From Anaerolineales bacterium (lineage in GTDB: Bacteria; Chloroflexota; Anaerolineae; Anaerolineales; E44-bin32), in contig JBFJVD010000001.1 of assembly GCA_041624375.1 (NCBI GenBank), positions 1-57,619 on the forward strand: 57,619 nt of DNA, read 5' to 3'. This document shows, piece after piece, positions 9,013-17,526 of the stretch. Under the pieces are notes generated by a model. The model made no database searches, was not told the origin of the DNA, and saw nothing but the letters and a program-made list of their open reading frames with translations. The position numbers were made by a program, and so were the translations under genes. Numbering within the stretch: the first letter of the stretch is position 1; each line of letters starts with the position of its first letter.

Positions 9013-9041
9013 AGCTTACCGGAATCTCAGTAGACTGTCAA
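9013..9041 (-). promoter_or_regulatory. Sigma-70-like promoter of the PTS operon (TTGACA-17-TAAGCT)
   Basis: On the minus strand, TTGACA is at 9041-9036, followed by a 17-nt spacer and TAAGCT at 9018-9013. Confidence 0.5.
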
Positions 9042-9185
9042 AGGCTTTCTCTCCACGTTCCCCATGACAATTGGTGCCGTAGGGACAGCTATAATAGCGT
9101 CACCCCAGGCCGTGCGGCTGCCGTCCTGCCCAAATGGTATGACCCCGCGCTAGGCTTGGACCCAGCCCCTCTGAGGAAAGCCGCT

Positions 9186-10217
9186 GTGGAACGATCATCG
9201 CTCTATTTCACCGCACCGCAACGCCTCGAGGTGCGCCGCGAACCGCTGCCTGAACCCAAGCCTGGCCAGCTGCTGGTGCAATCGCTGCGCACGGCGATCA
9301 GTGCCGGCACAGAGCTGCTCTTCTACCGCAACCAGCTGCCCGCCGGGACGGAGGTGGACGCCACGATCGACGCGCTTGAGGGCACGGTACGCTATCCGCT
9401 GAAGTACGGGTACGCCGCCGTTGGGATCGTAGTTGAGCTGGCCCCGGGCGCGGAGGCAAGCTGGCGAGATCGGCTGGTCTTCGCCTTCCAGCCGCATGAG
9501 AGCCACTTCTGGAGCGACCCGCAGGCGCTCACCCCCCTGCCGGAGGGTCTCAATCCAGAAGAGGCCGTCTTCGTGCCCAACATGGAGTCGGCAGTGAACT
9601 TCGTGCACGACGGCCGCCCGCTGCTTGGGGAGCGCGTCCTCGTTCTTGGCCAGGGAATTGTGGGGCTGCTCACAACCAGCCTGCTGCACCCCTTCCCGCT
9701 GGCCGCCTTGGTGACGCTCGACCGCTTCCCCCTGCGCCGCCAGATGGCGCTCGAGGCCGGCGCCGATGCCAGCCTGGATCCGGACGACCCGGACACACCC
9801 GAGAGGCTGACTTCGGCGCTTCAGCCGCCCGCGGATCCGCCGGGCGCCGACCTGTGCTTCGAACTGACCGGCGCCCCAGAGGCCTTAAACCTTGCGCTGG
9901 CTCACACTGGATTTGGCGGCCGGATCGTCATCGGCTCATGGTATGGCAGCAAGCAGGCGCCGATCGACCTCGGGGGCAGCTTCCACCGCAGCCGGATCCA
10001 GCTGATCAGCAGCCAGGTAAGCAGCCTCAATCCGCTGCTCAGCGCCCGCCTTCCCAAGCCGCGGCGGATGGCGCTTGCCTGGCAGATGCTCGAGACCGTC
10101 CGTCCGTCGCGCTTCATCACCCATCGGTTCCCGATCGAGCAGGCAGACGAAGCCTACCGGTTGCTCGATCAGCAACCCCAGGATGCGGTTCAGGTGGTCT
10201 TCACCTACGACAGCTGA
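9186..10217 (+). CDS. MDR-superfamily zinc-type dehydrogenase-like oxidoreductase
   Basis: ORF 9156..10217 trimmed to GTG 9186, which has GAGGAAAG 7 nt upstream. It has a GroES-like N-domain and a Rossmann motif VLVLGQGIVGL. Confidence 0.7.
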   Translation: MERSSLYFTAPQRLEVRREPLPEPKPGQLLVQSLRTAISAGTELLFYRNQLPAGTEVDATIDALEGTVRYPLKYGYAAVGIVVELAPGAEASWRDRLVFAFQPHESHFWSDPQALTPLPEGLNPEEAVFVPNMESAVNFVHDGRPLLGERVLVLGQGIVGLLTTSLLHPFPLAALVTLDRFPLRRQMALEAGADASLDPDDPDTPERLTSALQPPADPPGADLCFELTGAPEALNLALAHTGFGGRIVIGSWYGSKQAPIDLGGSFHRSRIQLISSQVSSLNPLLSARLPKPRRMALAWQMLETVRPSRFITHRFPIEQADEAYRLLDQQPQDAVQVVFTYDS

Positions 10218-10251
10218 GCCGCCCGCATAGCGTTTCAGACCAGGAGGCACC

Positions 10252-10629
10252 ATGTACACACTCGCCGTCCAGCGAGACTTTGTCGCCCAACATTACCTCA
10301 TCGGCGGAGATTGGGGGCCCGAGAATGAGTGGCACTCCCACCATTATCAGGTGGAGGTCACGCTCGCCGGCGAAGAACTCGATCAGCACGGCTATCTGCT
10401 CGATATCGTCGATCTGGAGAAACATATCGAAGGGCTGGTTGCCTACTACCGTGACCACACCCTGAACGATCTGGCCGAGTTCGAGGGACTCAACCCAAGC
10501 ATCGAACATTTCACCCGCATCTTCTGTCACCAATTAAAGGGGCGAATCAAGGAATCCAATCTGCAGACGCTGCGGGTGCGAATCTGGGAAAACGATATCG
10601 CCTGGGCGGCTTACGAGACCGATCTTTAA
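10252..10629 (+). CDS. 6-pyruvoyl-tetrahydropterin synthase / QueD-family protein
   Basis: 125 aa. FVAQHYL, WHSHHYQVEVTL (HxH metal motif) and HGYLLDIVDL match the T-fold PTPS/QueD pattern. Confidence 0.75.
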   Translation: MYTLAVQRDFVAQHYLIGGDWGPENEWHSHHYQVEVTLAGEELDQHGYLLDIVDLEKHIEGLVAYYRDHTLNDLAEFEGLNPSIEHFTRIFCHQLKGRIKESNLQTLRVRIWENDIAWAAYETDL

Positions 10630-10733
10630 GACATTCCTTCCCTCGCAATGCACCGATCGTGGGGGATGAGCATCCCTGTTCGGCTTGAGGCCTAAGCCAA
10701 CGGCTCGGCGCACAACCGCAACCCAACCAAAAA

Positions 10734-10760
10734 GGCAGCCGGCAGGCTGCCTTTCTCGTC
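10734..10760. terminator. Bidirectional intrinsic terminator between convergent genes
   Basis: The hairpin GGCAGCC-GGCA-GGCTGCC is flanked by A5 upstream and TTTCTCGTCTT downstream. Confidence 0.65.
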
Positions 10761-10780
10761 TTCAACCATTGATTGTGGAA

Positions 10781-11731
10781 TTATCCCTCGGGGAAAGCGA
10801 CGAGGATGGCAGTGATATTGTCCGGACCGCCGGCTGATATCGCCGCGCGGATCAATTCATGGATCGCACTGTCAAGGTCGTCACGACCATTGATGCAGTC
10901 GATCATCTCTGCTTCGGAGACCTCCCCCCAGAGCCCATCCGAGCAAATGAGGAGTCGGCTGCCGAGCGGAACGGGCCGCGAGTAGATCTCGATCGTCAGG
11001 TCGGCCGGCTGGCCGATCGCGTTCCAGAGCAAGTTGCGCTTGGGGTGAAGCAGTGCCTCATCGGGCGTGATCTGACCGATCTCCACCAGCCGCCAGGGGT
11101 AGGAATGGTCGCGGGTGACGCGTTCCAGCTCGACCCCATTGGTCAGATAAGCCCGGCTGTCCCCGACATGGCCAATGGTGAGCCGTCCGGCCAGCACGAA
11201 GGCCAGCGTCAGTGTTGTGATCCCACCTTCAGCCCCATCTTGAACAGCGCGGTTGGCGCGTTGAAACGCCTGGCGTGTCATATCTTCGAGCAGTGAGACG
11301 TCGTACTCGAAGTCACCCGAGGCGTAGATCTGATTCAGGAAGCCGGTCTCGACCAGGCTGCGGGCGGCCGTCCGAGCGGCGATTGCGCTCGCCACTTCGC
11401 CATGGCCGTGGCCGCCGGCACCGTCGGCCACGCAGAAGATGCCGAAACCCTGCAGGCGCCCCTCACCGAACGAGTTCCCGTAGAGCAGCACCATGCTGTC
11501 TTCGTTGTTCTCTCGTGTGAGCCCGACGGATTGGCCTGCGACCGCCTCCAGCCGCGTGCGGGGGCCAAGCCTGAGGTTCCCATTGGGGCCGGCGTGAAGC
11601 GGCGCCGTATCCGCCAGCCGGGCCGGCGCAGCCGGTGATTCTTCTCGGCCGAACAGCCGTGTCCACCACCTTCGAAGCGCGCTCAAAACGGCAGTCCACC
11701 TTCCACCTTGGCCTGGGATCGACGCGCCCAA
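10781..11731 (-). CDS. PP2C-family Ser/Thr protein phosphatase (soluble)
   Basis: Motifs ENNEDS, VADGAGGHGHGEVAS, VGDSRAY, CSDGLW and GGPDNITAILV are present. It has a TTG start with GGAAGG upstream. Confidence 0.85.
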   Translation of the reverse strand: MGASIPGQGGRWTAVLSALRRWWTRLFGREESPAAPARLADTAPLHAGPNGNLRLGPRTRLEAVAGQSVGLTRENNEDSMVLLYGNSFGEGRLQGFGIFCVADGAGGHGHGEVASAIAARTAARSLVETGFLNQIYASGDFEYDVSLLEDMTRQAFQRANRAVQDGAEGGITTLTLAFVLAGRLTIGHVGDSRAYLTNGVELERVTRDHSYPWRLVEIGQITPDEALLHPKRNLLWNAIGQPADLTIEIYSRPVPLGSRLLICSDGLWGEVSEAEMIDCINGRDDLDSAIHELIRAAISAGGPDNITAILVAFPEG

Positions 11732-11947
11732 CGAGCGACCTTCCGGCCGCTCCAGGCGGACTTCATCGTCAGGCGTTCAAACTCAGACCCCATCATTGGC
11801 ACGACTGCAGGCTATTCTCGCACGTTTCTCGGCTCGATGCCAAGCTCGCCCGAGCGCAGGTTAGCGGTACCTTGTTCCTACGCCTGCATGGAGTTCAAGG
11901 TCTTTGGGCGCTCAACTTGAAGGGGGAAAGGCCGTGCAAGGTGACGA

Positions 11948-12022
11948 GGTGGGCCCGGCAGGATTCGAACCTGCGACCAACCGGTTATGAGCCGGCCGCT
12001 CTAACCCCTGAGCTACGGGCCC
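11948..12022 (-). tRNA. tRNA-Met (anticodon CAT), elongator type; tRNA-Ile2 (lysidine) cannot be excluded
   Basis: Reverse complement GGGCCCG-TA-GCTC-AGGGGTTA-GAGC-G-GCCGG-CTCATAA-CCGGT-TGGTC-GCAGG-TTCGAAT-CCTGC-CGGGCCC-A-CC folds as a full cloverleaf. The 1:72 pair is intact, so it is not an initiator. Confidence 0.9.
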
Positions 12023-12291
12023 CAGAGCATAACTGCATCGTCACACCGCCCCATCGTTCCAGCCCTCTGGCCGGCCCAGGCCTCAGGCTGACTTGAGGCG
12101 CGGGCCAACCTGGCTTGGCAAGCGGTGTCACCGATCCGGCCGTGGGCAGGCGCTGCCGCCCAGCCAGCACGGCCTAGCACATCTATTCTAGCAGACACGG
12201 TTGGGCCGTGGAAGGCTCGGCTAACCCGCGCCTGCGCTGAGTCAACGTAGAACGTGCTTCTGTATACGCATTCAGAGCGATCGGCGCACAT

Positions 12292-12315
12292 GAAAAAGCC
12301 GCCCAGGTGAGCGGC
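12292..12315 (-). terminator. Intrinsic terminator directly after tRNA-Gly
   Basis: On the minus strand, GCCGC-N8-GCGGC is followed by TTTTTC, starting 3 nt after the tRNA 3' end. Confidence 0.55.
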
Positions 12316-12318
12316 TCA

Positions 12319-12392
12319 GGAGCGGGCGGCGGGATTCGAACCCGCGTATGTCAGCTTGGAAGGCTGATGCCTTACCACTTGGCGACGCCCGC
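12319..12392 (-). tRNA. tRNA-Gly (anticodon TCC)
   Basis: The reverse complement is GCGGGCGTCGCCAAGTGGTAAGGCATCAGCCTTCCAAGCTGACATACGCGGGTTCGAATCCCGCCGCCCGCTCC. The anticodon loop is CTTCCAA and the discriminator is U73. Confidence 0.9.
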
Positions 12393-12470
12393 CTGCTGGG
12401 AGCCGGCGCGAGATCTTCTTCGGGACCGGCGAGTGATCATGGACTCCGAAAGCAGGTGGAGTTGAGCGCC

Positions 12471-12479
12471 ATTATAACA
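12471..12479 (-). promoter_or_regulatory. Extended -10 element (TGTTATAAT) upstream of tRNA-Gly
   Basis: On the minus strand, TG-T-TATAAT lies about 75 nt upstream of the tRNA 5' end. Confidence 0.35.
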
Positions 12480-12665
12480 ACGGAGGAGCGCTTGTGGAAG
12501 TTCGCCCTCACCGACTACAAGCGCCGCGCCGGCGTCCCGCCATCGCTGAGATCGGCCGGGACGCCGGCCAGGTCTCGGCCAGGGAGTTCTCATGGATGGT
12601 CGGCGTGAGCTTCATCGGACTGCGTCGTCCTTCGGGGTGCGTACAAGGCGGCAGCGGGTCGTCGC

Positions 12666-14915
12666 TCAGTTCTCCGGGCCTAAGGAAGGCGGTGGAGGTG
12701 TCGTACTGATCCGATCGTAGATAATGTCGCCGCTCCAGACCTGGCCTCCCCCACCGAAGACCTGCAGTTCGACTGCGTAGCTGAGCGTCGTGTCTGTGCA
12801 TGTATAAGGCGCCCCGCCTGGTGGTGTCGGCGCAAAGCCGCCCCCATCCTCCGTGCGAACTTCCGGATTGGAGCTGAATGTGCCCAGCGGACCCGTTACC
12901 TGAACAACCGTCTCTTGCCGGTAATTGCTCGTCCCCTCCCACATGTTCAGCATGGCAAGGCCAGCGGTTCCGTAGACCCCCCTCGCCGACCGTTGGGTCG
13001 TGGTGATCACCACGCTGACATTCCCCTCAAATTCCGACCCACGCCAGATCAAGACCCAATCCTCGGTGTGGCTCTCGTAGGCGGTGTCCTCGTAAAAAAT
13101 CAGGCGCTGCGCACCCAGCACCGACTGCAGCTGGGTGTCCATATCAGCCGTCGCCTGACGAACGGCGTCCCAGTACTCACTGGCGCCGATGTCATGCTCC
13201 CACTCACCCACCAGGCACTTGTCGCACTCAGATTCCTCACTCTCCGCCAGGTCGAGGTCGAAGGTGGCCGCGGTCGAGGTGATCGCGCCGGGCGAGGTGG
13301 TTGTCAGGATTGGGACCAGGTCGGCAAGCCCCTCACAGGCGACGACGACCCCCGGCATCGGAGCCCAGCTGCCGTCCGGTGGATCCTTCGCTGATTCGTG
13401 GCCGCCATTCCCCTGCAGGTTCAGGTCGAGCTCGTAGTGCCTGTCCTCACGAAACAGGAGCAGCCCGCGTTCGATATGGAACGGCCTGGCCTCCATCCGG
13501 TGTTGACTGACATCCGGGAACCAGACGACATCCTCCGGTCGTACATAGGCCTCGCCTGGCAAAAGGCCCTTACCGGTATCCTCAATCTTTCCATCCATAT
13601 ACATCTGTCCGAATTCTTGAAAGACCTTGTCGAAATCCGGCAGGCCAGCCAGATAACCCATCATCGCCTCATGGCTCGTCAGCGGCATCCCTTTAACCAG
13701 CTCGATGAGCCATGGATCCCCAAAGCGGTTTCCCAGGAATTGGAAGAAGACGGTGTTCGCGTACGACATCTCGAAGATCGATTTGTCGGGCGAGAAGGTG
13801 TGGAATTCCTCGACGAACTTATGCTCCAGATTCACGTCTGGGTACACCACATTGCTGAAGTAATTGGCAAGCCCCTCGTTGTACCAGCTTGCATCTGCAT
13901 AGCCACTGCCGCCCTTCAGCCAGAAGTTGATGCAGTGAAACACTTCATGCGCCATGATCTGCTGGAATTGAGGCAAGAGAACGTCGAGGGCACCCGTAAA
14001 GACGGTGATGGGGCAGGGCCGGCCAGCCAGGCTCTCTGGGTCCAGCCCCGGCACCATCGCCACACCCTGCTGCGGACCGCCGATCTGCGCCGCAGGGATC
14101 AAAGCGAAAACCAGATTAATCGAGCGCACTTCGACCAGTTTGCTGTACACCTCCTGGCTGCGCTTCAACGCCTGCAACGCGCTGGCGAAGTAAGGGGAGT
14201 AGGTGGGGTCATTGGCCAGCTCGGTCGGATAGTAGACACGGAACTCATGCCCGCCGGCGGTGAACGAGTCGTAGAGCAGACAGGTCGGCGCCGGCCCGGC
14301 TGACTCGGGGAACCCCTCGTGCCAGATCTCATCGCACGAGAGCTGGCGACCGACGCCCTTAAGAAGGCCGGCCGTCCAGCGCCAGCTGCGGGCCTCCTCG
14401 GCAGGTGCGGCATACAGATCGAGGGCTTCCTGGGGCGGCGCGAGCTTGCGAATTAAGCGCTCGATCTCCGCCCGGACCGCAGGATCGTCACTCGCTTGAT
14501 AGACCTCGTACGCCATCGCGCTGAGGCCCCAGCCGCTCTTGAACTCCACTTCGCCCTCCCCATCTGCCGCGTATCCCGGGAGGGCTGACTCACCAGCCAG
14601 AGCTTGTAGCAGGCCGATGACGCCCTCCGCAAGCGCCAGGTCCCCAGCCTCAACCTGCTGAAGCATTAGCTCGACCGCCTCACGCGGCGGTGGGTCGACA
14701 AAGATCGGGTTGCCTTCCAGATCGTAGAAATCGGGTGGGATGGGCTCGGGGGTACGCGTGGCGGGGGTCGTCGCCGTCGACCTAGCAGCACCGCCGGGCG
14801 TGGTTTCGCCGCCGTCGGGCGACGTGACCGTTCCACTCAGGCCCCCGAGCGGACTGCAGGCCAACGGCAGGAGCATCAGAAGAGCAAGAATTCGTTGGAA
14901 CGCTCGCGCGGGCAC
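12666..14915 (-). CDS. Secreted lipoprotein with an HExxH...E metallopeptidase-like motif (family unknown)
   Basis: 749 aa with a GTG start preceded by GGAGGTG. The signal peptide has a lipobox (LLPLACS). The single zinc motif is IMAHEVFHC, followed 24 residues later by NEGLANYF, a gluzincin-like spacing. Confidence 0.6.
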   Translation of the reverse strand: MPARAFQRILALLMLLPLACSPLGGLSGTVTSPDGGETTPGGAARSTATTPATRTPEPIPPDFYDLEGNPIFVDPPPREAVELMLQQVEAGDLALAEGVIGLLQALAGESALPGYAADGEGEVEFKSGWGLSAMAYEVYQASDDPAVRAEIERLIRKLAPPQEALDLYAAPAEEARSWRWTAGLLKGVGRQLSCDEIWHEGFPESAGPAPTCLLYDSFTAGGHEFRVYYPTELANDPTYSPYFASALQALKRSQEVYSKLVEVRSINLVFALIPAAQIGGPQQGVAMVPGLDPESLAGRPCPITVFTGALDVLLPQFQQIMAHEVFHCINFWLKGGSGYADASWYNEGLANYFSNVVYPDVNLEHKFVEEFHTFSPDKSIFEMSYANTVFFQFLGNRFGDPWLIELVKGMPLTSHEAMMGYLAGLPDFDKVFQEFGQMYMDGKIEDTGKGLLPGEAYVRPEDVVWFPDVSQHRMEARPFHIERGLLLFREDRHYELDLNLQGNGGHESAKDPPDGSWAPMPGVVVACEGLADLVPILTTTSPGAITSTAATFDLDLAESEESECDKCLVGEWEHDIGASEYWDAVRQATADMDTQLQSVLGAQRLIFYEDTAYESHTEDWVLIWRGSEFEGNVSVVITTTQRSARGVYGTAGLAMLNMWEGTSNYRQETVVQVTGPLGTFSSNPEVRTEDGGGFAPTPPGGAPYTCTDTTLSYAVELQVFGGGGQVWSGDIIYDRISTTPPPPSLGPEN

Positions 14916-15348
14916 CGACCACCTCCGGAAATCACCACCGGGCCTAAGCCCGGAGAGGGGCGCCGCGGCTCATGATCGCCGCCTGAGCACCTTCAGACGA
15001 ACGCTAAACGCTCTTTCTGCATTGACTTGTCGTCTGTGTGGATCACAACCATGAGCAGGCACCTTCGGGTTCTTGCGTCACGGTCGATGGAGAAGCGATG
15101 AAGCTGGCCTTGCTGTGAAGAGGACGATGAGGCTGTATGTGAATGAATGCTACCACGAAGATTCGACGCAGTTTCAATCGCCCGGGTTCATCATTCCGGT
15201 GGGACGCCTACGGCGGGCGAATCCGGAAGACTGGCGCAGCCTACCCCATCCTCTGCGTTCTGTCTTCTTTGGCTACCTGGTGACCAGCTCCCAACCGGAG
15301 GGAGAGATGCGGTACCCAGCGACAGGGTGCCACTCCAGTCCGGCCCCT

Positions 15349-15378
15349 AAAGAAAACCCCATCTCGAACGAGATGGGG
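15349..15378 (-). terminator. Intrinsic terminator of the tRNA-Pro/small-protein unit
   Basis: On the minus strand, the hairpin CCCCATCTCG..CGAGATGGGG is followed by TTTTCTTT. Confidence 0.65.
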
Positions 15379-15469
15379 TCCTTCATTCAGTGCCGATTTC
15401 AAGCCGTGAGCTGCCCTGGTTCAACCCACATCTGCAAGTGATCCAAGCTGGGTTGGGTCGACCGCGCTG

Positions 15470-15817
15470 TCAGACGAGCGGCACCCCCAGATCGTCCCCA
15501 GCTGCTTGCCCCTCGGTGTCGGAGACGATCCTGGCCTGCGCGCCTTCCCCTTCGAGCTTCAGGGCGTGCAGCAATATGAAATCCGTCGAGAGTTCGCCAG
15601 GACGGCCAGCGTGAACCCGCTTGCCGCCCTCGAAGGCCGCCATCAGCTTCGCCCGGTCATAGAGCTTAATATCGCTCCAAACCACCCCATGGCGCTCGTA
15701 GGCCTGGGCAAAGTCCAGCTTCCGCTCGGCGCCTTCCTCTCGATAACGGGCAGCCACAACGACCAGATCGACTTTTGTCTTGCGGGGTGCAAGCGCAACC
15801 CTCTGCCCGCTGGCCAA
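15470..15817 (-). CDS. Small hypothetical protein (115 aa), TTG start
   Basis: GGAGG lies 6 nt upstream of TTG 15817. The composition looks like a real protein (VDLVVVAARYREEGAERKLDFAQAYERHGVVWSDIKLY). I could not confidently assign a family. Confidence 0.55.
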   Translation of the reverse strand: MASGQRVALAPRKTKVDLVVVAARYREEGAERKLDFAQAYERHGVVWSDIKLYDRAKLMAAFEGGKRVHAGRPGELSTDFILLHALKLEGEGAQARIVSDTEGQAAGDDLGVPLV

Positions 15818-15850
15818 ACTTTTCCTCCAGTTCGGTGTTATTAAACCCGA

Positions 15851-15926
15851 GGTCGGGGCGGGCGGATTCGAACCGCCGACCCCCGCGTCCCAAACGCGGT
15901 GCGCTGCCGGACTGCGCTACGCCCCG
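15851..15926 (-). tRNA. tRNA-Pro (anticodon TGG)
   Basis: The reverse complement is CGGGGCG-TA-GCGC-AGTCCGGCA-GCGC-A-CCGCG-TTTGGGA-CGCGG-GGGTC-GGCGG-TTCGAAT-CCGCC-CGCCCCG-A-CC. Confidence 0.9.
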
Positions 15927-15979
15927 ATGCCAACTGAGTATAATTGCCGCCTGTAGTCGGGTCAAGGAAAGGTTCCGCC

Positions 15980-16762
15980 ATGACCAGCATCCTCTACCAA
16001 GAACGGTCAAACGGGGTCGGATCGCTGACGATGAACCGCCCCGACGTGCGCAACGCCCTGAACTGGGAGGCGATGGACCGCTTCGCAGAAGCCGTTGAGC
16101 GAGCACATGCCTCACCCACACTGCGGGCGCTTGTGCTGACCGGCGCGGGACGAAGCTTTTGCTCCGGCGGGGACCTCACCGAGCTCCATGAGTACCCCTC
16201 CCGGGAAGACGGGCTCCGCTTGGCCTCGGGGATGGGCGAAGCCCTTCGGCGGCTCGAAACCTTGCCGGTGCCGACCATTGCCGCGCTCGAAGGTCCCGCC
16301 CTTGGCGGCGGCGCGGAGATCGCGCTCGCCTGCGACCTTCGCCTGATGGCACAGGATGCGACGCTGGGTATGATGCATATCCGCCTCGGCATCTCACCCG
16401 CCTGGGGTAGCGGCCAGCGTTTGCTCCGGCTGGTCGGCTACGCACTGGCCCTGGAGTGGCTGGCCGCCGGCCGAGTCCTCGATGCACGCGAAGCATTGCA
16501 GCACGGCCTCGTCCACCAGCTTGTGCCCTCTGGCGGCGCCCTCGATCTGGCGCTCGAGCGGGCCGAGTCCTTTGCCCGCCAGGACCCCGGCGCCGTGCGC
16601 GCAGTTAAGAAGCTCCTGCTCGCCGGCCTGAACCTCCCGCCCGATGAGGCAGCAGAGGTGGAACGGGATGCGTTCCCCGATCTATGGGCGGCTCCTGCGC
16701 ACCTGGAAGCCTCCGCGCGCTTCGTCGCCCGCAAGGCCCAGAAGAAGCGGCGCGTCGCTTGA
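15980..16762 (+). CDS. Enoyl-CoA hydratase/isomerase (crotonase) family protein
   Basis: Trimmed to ATG 15980 with AAGGAAAGG upstream. Motifs: LTMNRPDVRNAL, VLTGAGRSFCSGGDL and GPALGGGAEIALACDLR (oxyanion-hole motifs). Confidence 0.85.
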   Translation: MTSILYQERSNGVGSLTMNRPDVRNALNWEAMDRFAEAVERAHASPTLRALVLTGAGRSFCSGGDLTELHEYPSREDGLRLASGMGEALRRLETLPVPTIAALEGPALGGGAEIALACDLRLMAQDATLGMMHIRLGISPAWGSGQRLLRLVGYALALEWLAAGRVLDAREALQHGLVHQLVPSGGALDLALERAESFARQDPGAVRAVKKLLLAGLNLPPDEAAEVERDAFPDLWAAPAHLEASARFVARKAQKKRRVA

Positions 16763-16764
16763 CG

Positions 16765-17526
16765 ATGGCCGGTGACGATTTCGCCCGGCTATTCGACGCG
16801 CAGTATGCAGATTACGACTCCGACCTGCCATTCTGGCGGGCGCTGGCGGAGGAAGCAGGTGACCCGGTCCTCGAGTTAGGTTGCGGTACCGGGCGGATTC
16901 TGGCCGCGTTGGCGTCCGTCGGCCACGAAGTCACCGGAATAGAGCGCAGTCCGGCCATGATCGCTGCCGCCCGCATCCGGTTGGCGACATTCGGCGATCG
17001 CGTCGACCTGCATCAGGCCGACCTGCGGGCTTTCATGCTGGATCGGCATTTTGCCTGTGCACTGGTGGCCTGCAACACCTTCGCCGAGCTGACACTTGAA
17101 GAGGCCGCAGCCGTGCTGCGCAGGCTTCACAAACACCTTGCGCCACTCGGGCGGCTCGGGATCGAGCTGCCGAATCCCGATGAAGCCCTGCAGCCTGATG
17201 CCGACGACGATGACATCCTGGCCGCGTTCCTGGAGCCCCAGTCCGGTCATCCGGTCCAGCTCACGGCCGAGCAGACGGTCACCCCAGAGCAACTCCGGGT
17301 GGACGTTCACTGGCGCTATGACGAACTGCTTCCGGACGGGGGCGTCCAGCGCTTTGAGTTCCCGACCACCTATTACCTCCGTTCGGAAGAGACCATGCGG
17401 GAGATGCTTCACGCATGCGGCTTCACGGGTGTGGAAACCTTCGGCGACTTCGACCGGCGGCCGCTCAGCCCGTTGTCGGAACGAATGCTGCTACTGGCCA
17501 CCGCCGGGAACAGCGAGGCAAGCTGA
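16765..17526 (+). CDS. Class I SAM-dependent methyltransferase
   Basis: Trimmed to ATG 16765. VLELGCGTGRI is SAM motif I. The start lies 2 nt after the previous stop. Confidence 0.8.
   Translation: MAGDDFARLFDAQYADYDSDLPFWRALAEEAGDPVLELGCGTGRILAALASVGHEVTGIERSPAMIAAARIRLATFGDRVDLHQADLRAFMLDRHFACALVACNTFAELTLEEAAAVLRRLHKHLAPLGRLGIELPNPDEALQPDADDDDILAAFLEPQSGHPVQLTAEQTVTPEQLRVDVHWRYDELLPDGGVQRFEFPTTYYLRSEETMREMLHACGFTGVETFGDFDRRPLSPLSERMLLLATAGNSEAS

Noticed and set aside
15073-15441. A 122-aa plus-strand ORF in the long intergenic region upstream of the metallopeptidase-like gene.
   Set aside because: It has no SD and an odd composition (MRHGRWRSDEAGLAV...). It also runs across a minus-strand terminator hairpin. 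I treat the region as non-coding.
14916-15469. RNase P RNA, SRP RNA, tmRNA, 6S or a cobalamin riboswitch in the two long non-coding gaps (here and at 49203..49590).
   Set aside because: I found no GAGGAAAGUCCGGGC / ACAGAACCCGGCUUA (RNase P), no GGAAGCAGCC helix-8 core (SRP), no tRNA-like CCACCA end (tmRNA), and no GGUGAAAAUCC / B12-box match. AATCCGGAAGACTGGCG at 15211-15227 is only a partial B12-box resemblance, and it sits on the wrong strand for any downstream gene.
11948-15926. Three tRNA genes flanking the metallopeptidase-like gene might mark an integrated genomic island.
   Set aside because: There is no integrase, no direct repeat of a tRNA 3' end that I could see, and no obvious compositional break. 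The gene looks native in codon usage.
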